Origin: an uncultured Nitrospiraceae bacterium
GTDB taxonomy: Bacteria > Nitrospirota > Thermodesulfovibrionia > Thermodesulfovibrionales > SM23-35
Assembly (NCBI GenBank): GCA_963727775.1
Contig: CAVSHB010000001.1
Coordinates: 1,024,001-1,088,000, forward strand
Direction: 5' to 3'
Length of the DNA stretch: 64,000 nt
This document shows, piece by piece, positions 58,844 to 64,000 of this stretch. The notes beneath the pieces are model-generated. The model searched no databases and was not told where the DNA came from. It saw only the letters and a list, made by a program, of their open reading frames with translations. Position numbers and translations under genes: made by a program. Each line of letters begins with the position of its first letter. Position 1 is the stretch's first letter.

Positions 58844-61036
58844 CTACATGATAGAAGGTATCGCTGACATCAACCTGTCTCTCAATAAAGTATGCCTTTG
58901 CTGTGGTTTATCATTTTTTATTGCGATTGCTATAGCTTTCTTAGTCCCGACCAATATTACCAGTTTCTTCCCTCTTGTGATTCCTGTATAGAGAAGGTTC
59001 CTTTGCAAAAGCATGTAGTGCTGAGTAAGGATGGGCATAACAATCACAGGGTATTCACTTCCCTGGGCCTTATGCACCGATACAGCGTAAGCCATTACTA
59101 TCTCATCAAGCTCGGAATACTCGTAAGGAACAGGTCTACCCTCATAATCCACAATAATTTCCTGTTCTTCCCTGTCTATTTTGACAATCCTGCCGATGTC
59201 CCCGTTAAAAACCTCTTTGTCATAATTGTTCCTGATCTGCATGACCTTATCCCCGAGTTTTAAAACCATGCCTCCCCGTGTAAATTCATCACTTGAATGG
59301 TTCAAATGTTTCTGTAGTTCTGTATTAAGATTGGAAGTCCCTACCACTCCTCTGTGCATTGGTGTTAATACCTGAATGTCATTGACTGGATTGAACCCGA
59401 ATTTTTCCGGTATTTTTTCTTTGCATAATTCAATGATCTTCTCCAGGGCCTTTTCCGGTTCTTCAATCTCGAAAAAATAGAAATCCTGGGGATGGTCTTT
59501 GTGATAAGTAAACATAGGCATCTCCCCGTTGTTTACTCTGTGGGCATTTACAATAATCAGGCTCTCTTTTGCCTGTCGAAAAATCTCTGTCAGTCTTACT
59601 GTAGGTATGACCCCGGAATCTATGATGTCCTTTAAGACATTTCCGGCGCCTACCGAAGGCAATTGGTCAACATCCCCAACCAAAATTAATGTAGCCTTTG
59701 TTGGAACAGCCTTCAGGAAATGATACATAAGGATGGTATCCACCATAGAACACTCATCTATTACTATTAACTCTGCATCCAACGGGTTGTTCTCATCCTT
59801 CTTGAAGCCGCCTTCTTTTGGACTGAACTCAAGCAGTCTGTGGATAGTCTTTGCCTCATGACCTGTGGCCTCTGTCATCCTCTTCGCAGCTCTGCCTGTA
59901 GGGGCTGCAAGCAAAACCCTTTGACCTATTTTATTGCATATCCTTATGATGGAATTGATAATGCTTGTCTTTCCCGTGCCCGGACCTCCTGTAACAACCA
60001 TGATTTTCTTATCAATGGCTTCCATGACAGCCTGTTTCTGGTTCTCGGCAAGCTGTATCTTTAACTCTCCCTGGACCCATTCGATTGCCTCGTCCCTATC
60101 AAAAGTTTTTAGAGTTTTCGGTACAAGCATCAGATGCTTCAGTTTGTTTGATATGCCGACTTCACTGACATGTAATCTGGCCAGGTAAACAGCTTTGTTG
60201 TTCTCCTTCAATTCCCCTTCTTTATTCAAGTCCTCAATGATTATCTTCCTGTCTGAGACGATCTTTCCAAATGCCTTTATGATGGTATCGTTGTCTACAC
60301 CAAGAATCTTTTTACATTCCTCTATCAACTGCTCATATGGATAATAGACATGCCCCTCATCGGATAATTGGTGAAGGACATATAGAATTCCTGCCTCAGC
60401 CCTTATCTGTGATTCTTTAGCAATACCAAGCTTCTCCGCAATCTTGTCGGCTGTTATAAACCCGATACCGAATATATCCGTTGCAAGCCTGTAAGGGTTC
60501 TCCTGGACAATTTTTATGGATTCTTTTCCGTACTGTTTGAATATCTTGGCCCCATATGCGGGACTGACACCTTGCCCCTGAAGGAACAGCATGACTTCCC
60601 GTATTTCCTTTTGGTCATCCCAGGCCTTCCCTATCATCTCGATTCTCTTGTCCCCTATGCCTTCAACTTCATGCAACTTCTTTATATCTGTTTCGATGAT
60701 ATTCAGGGTTTCCAACCCGAATTTGGAGACAAGTCTTTTAGCCATGACAGGACCGATGCCTTTAATAAGTCCTGAGCCGAGATATCTCTCTATACCTTTG
60801 ACTGTAGCAGGGACTATAGATTCGTAAGATATTATCTTGAACTGTTCGCCGAATTTAGGGTGGTTATGCCATTCTCCTTTTAGCTTCAGTACTTCCCCGG
60901 GGCTTACGGAAAGGAGATTGCCGACTACCGTTACAAGGTCATTCCTGCCTCCGACCTTCATTTTTGCAATAGTATAGGAATTCTCTTCATTGCGGTATGT
61001 GATCCTTTCAAGTTGTCCTTTGATTTCTATGATCAC
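58844..61036 (-). CDS. recD2: RecD2-like ATP-dependent helicase
   Basis: IKGIGP HhH, NPYRL..IFGIGF, TGGPGTGKT, APTGRAAKR, DECSM, GDVDQLPSVG, HKAQGSE, YTGITR. Confidence 0.95.
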   Translation of the reverse strand: MIIEIKGQLERITYRNEENSYTIAKMKVGGRNDLVTVVGNLLSVSPGEVLKLKGEWHNHPKFGEQFKIISYESIVPATVKGIERYLGSGLIKGIGPVMAKRLVSKFGLETLNIIETDIKKLHEVEGIGDKRIEMIGKAWDDQKEIREVMLFLQGQGVSPAYGAKIFKQYGKESIKIVQENPYRLATDIFGIGFITADKIAEKLGIAKESQIRAEAGILYVLHQLSDEGHVYYPYEQLIEECKKILGVDNDTIIKAFGKIVSDRKIIIEDLNKEGELKENNKAVYLARLHVSEVGISNKLKHLMLVPKTLKTFDRDEAIEWVQGELKIQLAENQKQAVMEAIDKKIMVVTGGPGTGKTSIINSIIRICNKIGQRVLLAAPTGRAAKRMTEATGHEAKTIHRLLEFSPKEGGFKKDENNPLDAELIVIDECSMVDTILMYHFLKAVPTKATLILVGDVDQLPSVGAGNVLKDIIDSGVIPTVRLTEIFRQAKESLIIVNAHRVNNGEMPMFTYHKDHPQDFYFFEIEEPEKALEKIIELCKEKIPEKFGFNPVNDIQVLTPMHRGVVGTSNLNTELQKHLNHSSDEFTRGGMVLKLGDKVMQIRNNYDKEVFNGDIGRIVKIDREEQEIIVDYEGRPVPYEYSELDEIVMAYAVSVHKAQGSEYPVIVMPILTQHYMLLQRNLLYTGITRGKKLVILVGTKKAIAIAIKNDKPQQRHTLLRDRLMSAIPSIM

Positions 61037-61051
61037 GGTAAGCCCTTGACC

Positions 61052-61732
61052 TCAGTAGTACCGCCCCGAAGGTTTTTTGAAAAAAGAGACCAACAAAACC
61101 CCGGCGATAAAACCCCCGATGTGGCCCCACCACGCGACTCCACCGCCGGATGCGGGAAGCACCTGGGCTACTGTTCCGGAAAATAGCTGTAGCAAGAACC
61201 ACCACCCTAAAAAAAAGACCGCTGGAAGCTCTATAAACCAAGGGATAATGAATATCGGAATGAATGTCAGGATTCTTGCCCGTGGAAACAACACATAATA
61301 TGCACCCATGACCCCCGCAATGGCGCCTGAAGCGCCTATAACCGGCATTGAGGACCGTGGGCTGAAGCGTATATAGAACATGCTCGCCAGGATCCCCACG
61401 ATTAAATAAAACACAAAAAAGCGACTGTGTCCTATGCGGTCTTCCACCTTACTGCCGAATATCTTGAGAAACCACATATTGCCCAGGAAATGTAGCCATC
61501 CGCCGTGCAGGAACATCGTGGTCAGGAACGACAGATAATGCATAAGAGGAAGCCTGTGAATGTTGCGTTTTGTATATTCAATAGGAACAATCCCGAAATA
61601 ATATGTGAACTGTTCAAGGAGTTCCTGGGGCAAGGTGGTTTCAAACAGGAAAATAATTCCGCACAGTATTATTAGCATCCATGTGGTTGATGGGAATGTT
61701 CTATTTGGTACTGTATCCCGGATCGGAAACAT
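61052..61732 (-). CDS. Rhomboid family intramembrane serine protease
   Basis: FLHGGWLH..GNM; GASGA; GHIGGF. Confidence 0.93.
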   Translation of the reverse strand: MFPIRDTVPNRTFPSTTWMLIILCGIIFLFETTLPQELLEQFTYYFGIVPIEYTKRNIHRLPLMHYLSFLTTMFLHGGWLHFLGNMWFLKIFGSKVEDRIGHSRFFVFYLIVGILASMFYIRFSPRSSMPVIGASGAIAGVMGAYYVLFPRARILTFIPIFIIPWFIELPAVFFLGWWFLLQLFSGTVAQVLPASGGGVAWWGHIGGFIAGVLLVSFFKKPSGRYY

Positions 61733-61856
61733 ATCGGATTATCCTACTATAAGGTATCAGCCATTTACGGCATCAACTGAGAATGGAGGATCAGAAATTA
61801 TTCTCATGTTTCATCTTTCATTTTCTAAGAGATGTCTTCAATAAATGCAGAAAGCA

Positions 61857-62270
61857 TTATTTTGGCACTTCAATATTTTCATATCCCTTACCGGCTTCAG
61901 CCATAATTCGGATGCGTTCCGGTTTCAGTCGAATGACAACATATGTAGGTTCAGCCGGGTCTTTAATATATTTTTTTAAAATTGGCACGGCTTCATACAG
62001 TTTCAACTTATCATCGTTGTCGGTGCTGATGGTGCAGGCTCCTGCAATTCTGACATGCTTTCCTTCTCTATCGCTGAAACAGTATTCAGCATAAGGGACC
62101 TTCCTGAGCTGCATGATTTTTTCCGTTCCATCCGTGGTTGCACTCCATAACTCGCTGCTCATCCATATACAACTGCCCATGGGTCGAACACCCACCTTAT
62201 TTCCGTCGCTTGTAGCAAGAAATCCCCATCCGATTTCTTTCACGAAATTCTTAACTGTTTCGAAGTTCAT
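61857..62270 (-). CDS. Pyridoxamine 5'-phosphate oxidase-like protein
   Basis: FLATSDG...VRPM; K..QL; VRIAG. Confidence 0.8.
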   Translation of the reverse strand: MNFETVKNFVKEIGWGFLATSDGNKVGVRPMGSCIWMSSELWSATTDGTEKIMQLRKVPYAEYCFSDREGKHVRIAGACTISTDNDDKLKLYEAVPILKKYIKDPAEPTYVVIRLKPERIRIMAEAGKGYENIEVPK

Positions 62271-62418
62271 AGCCCATCTCCTTGGTATAATATTTTCTTC
62301 ATCACTTCCTCATCTTGTTTCCTATCCTAAATTCAGTCAGCAGATCCGAAGCACGTAAAGATTTTAGCATCATATATGTCATGTTTTCTTATACTTCATA
62401 TGCAAAGGCTCACTGTGA

Positions 62419-64000
62419 CTATCTGTCTGTATCGCTATCCAGAATCTCTCTCACCTTTCTTAAAAGGACCTGAGGTGAGATCGGCTTGTGAATAAACACG
62501 GAACCCTCAAACAGATTTCCCTTCTGTTGAATAATGTCAGCGGTATACCCACTTGTAAAGATCACTTTTATGTCAGGACTTATCTTCCTTATTTCCTTAA
62601 ATACCTCTTTGCCATTCTTCTTTGGCATTATCATGTCGAGAATTACAAGCTTAATTCTATCTTTATATCTTTTGAATTTGACTATCGCGTCTTCTCCGTC
62701 TGTTGCCTCGATAATTTTATATCCGAATTCCTCAAGCATCGCTTTGGCGCTTGCTCTCACTTCACCATTGTCCTCTGCTAAAAGTATTGTCTCTATACCC
62801 CTCTTAATTATATCAGCAACTTCAGGTTGTGCCTCTTCTGTTTTTGTCCATATCAGGGGCAAATAAATATTGAATGTCGTCCCTTTCTCAGGTTCACCAT
62901 AAACTTCAATGTATCCGCCATGCTGTTTGATTATCCCGTATACCATGGAGAGCCCAAGTCCAGTCCCCTTGCCCACTTCCTTTGTTGTAAAGAAGGGCTC
63001 AAATATCCTGTCCCTTGTCCGTTCATCCATTCCTATGCCGGTATCACTAACTGAAATAAGGGCGTACCTCCCCGTCTTTCCATATCCATGTGTCTTTACA
63101 AATGTTTCATCGAGGTCTGCAATCTTTGTCTCTATCTCGAATTTCCCACCGTGAGGCATAGCGTCCCTGGCATTTGTTGCAAGATTCATAAATATTTGCT
63201 CTATCTGTAAAGGGTCTGCCATTACGGTCAAATCTCCCTCAGTAAGCACAGTCTTTAGCTCAATGTCCTCCCTGATAACCCTTGCCAGTAGTTTCTCCGC
63301 TTTCCTTATAATTCCATTAATATCTACCGATTTTGTATTCATTATTTGTTTCCTGCTGAAGGCGAGAAGACTATGGATCAGATTCGCTGCCCTGTCCGAT
63401 GATGAAAGAATATGATCGGCATACGTACTTAAGGGGTCATCCTTTCTCAGCTTCATCTTTAAAAGAGAACCGTAAGAGATTATTGCTGTTAGGATATTGT
63501 TGAAATCATGGGCAATACCTCCTGCAAGTTCACCAACTGCCTCCATTTTTTGAGCTTGCAGCAGTTGATGATGCAGCTTCTCTTTCTCATCTTCTATCTT
63601 TTTGCGCACAATGATACCAGCCAGGGTATCGGCAACAGCAAGAAGGAATTCTTCCTCTCTTTTGTCTCTTATATGCCCTTCTTTTAGATAGATATTCAGG
63701 GCTCCCAGCGTTCTGCCTCTGAACAAAATGGGCACAGAGTAATGACCGTGAGGCTGTATCCCTTCATAGCAGATTTCATGACGTTCATCGACATGATCGG
63801 CAAACTGTATTTTTTGGGTCTGCGCTGCCTTTCCACAAAGGCATTTTCCAAAAGGAACTCGCACGCATATTTTTTCCAGCGGTTCGGGAATATTGCTTTG
63901 GGCTTTCATCACCAAAACATCTGCGTCATCTTCCACGAGAGATATACTGCCAATTGCTTCAAAAGCAATCCAGGGGACTGCAAGTATCATATTCAATGCC
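62419..64000 (-). CDS. Hybrid sensor kinase (GAF-HisKA-HATPase-REC), 5' part beyond the window
   Basis: [24 protein letters not shown]; receiver; paralog of 33378-36998. Confidence 0.92.
   Translation of the reverse strand, partial: ALNMILAVPWIAFEAIGSISLVEDDADVLVMKAQSNIPEPLEKICVRVPFGKCLCGKAAQTQKIQFADHVDERHEICYEGIQPHGHYSVPILFRGRTLGALNIYLKEGHIRDKREEEFLLAVADTLAGIIVRKKIEDEKEKLHHQLLQAQKMEAVGELAGGIAHDFNNILTAIISYGSLLKMKLRKDDPLSTYADHILSSSDRAANLIHSLLAFSRKQIMNTKSVDINGIIRKAEKLLARVIREDIELKTVLTEGDLTVMADPLQIEQIFMNLATNARDAMPHGGKFEIETKIADLDETFVKTHGYGKTGRYALISVSDTGIGMDERTRDRIFEPFFTTKEVGKGTGLGLSMVYGIIKQHGGYIEVYGEPEKGTTFNIYLPLIWTKTEEAQPEVADIIKRGIETILLAEDNGEVRASAKAMLEEFGYKIIEATDGEDAIVKFKRYKDRIKLVILDMIMPKKNGKEVFKEIRKISPDIKVIFTSGYTADIIQQKGNLFEGSVFIHKPISPQVLLRKVREILDSDTDR

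Overview
A bacterial accessory region of moderate GC with many mobile elements and eroded genes. Gene content suggests an anaerobic or microaerobic Gram-negative such as Nitrospirota or Desulfobacterota, but this is inference only. From left to right: (1) a partial CHASE2/HD-GYP gene; (2) two tandem large secreted seven-blade beta-propeller (SBBP-type) proteins with Ig-like choice-of-anchor-D/ASH domains; (3) a DUF2844-DUF3443 pair in which DUF3443 has gained the same Ig cassette and shows two aspartic-protease-like D[T/S]GS motifs; (4) a PerR/Fur-katG-sodC oxidative-stress locus where a GC-rich katG sits directly ahead of the leftover C-terminal tail of a monofunctional catalase; (5) a third, chimeric propeller/Ig gene remnant cut by an IS1380-family element (TTAA duplication) and an IS1182-family element (CTAG ends); (6) orphan genes with degenerate attC-like hairpins; (7) plasmid/phage-type cargo (DUF932, XRE, serine resolvase, RHH, HU, PLD nuclease); (8) a LexA-like/DinB/UvrD operon divergent from SRAP, with a palindromic operator and a probably leaderless transcript; (9) several PAS/GAF kinases; (10) an IS110 with a structured non-coding end (candidate bridge RNA); (11) two terminase-small-subunit-like genes, tRNA-Leu(TAG), RecD2 and a rhomboid. 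At least seven collapsed or truncated pseudogene remnants were read by hand. No CRISPR array, rRNA, integron integrase or reverse transcriptase is visible. All family calls rest on motif recognition by eye, not on database searches.
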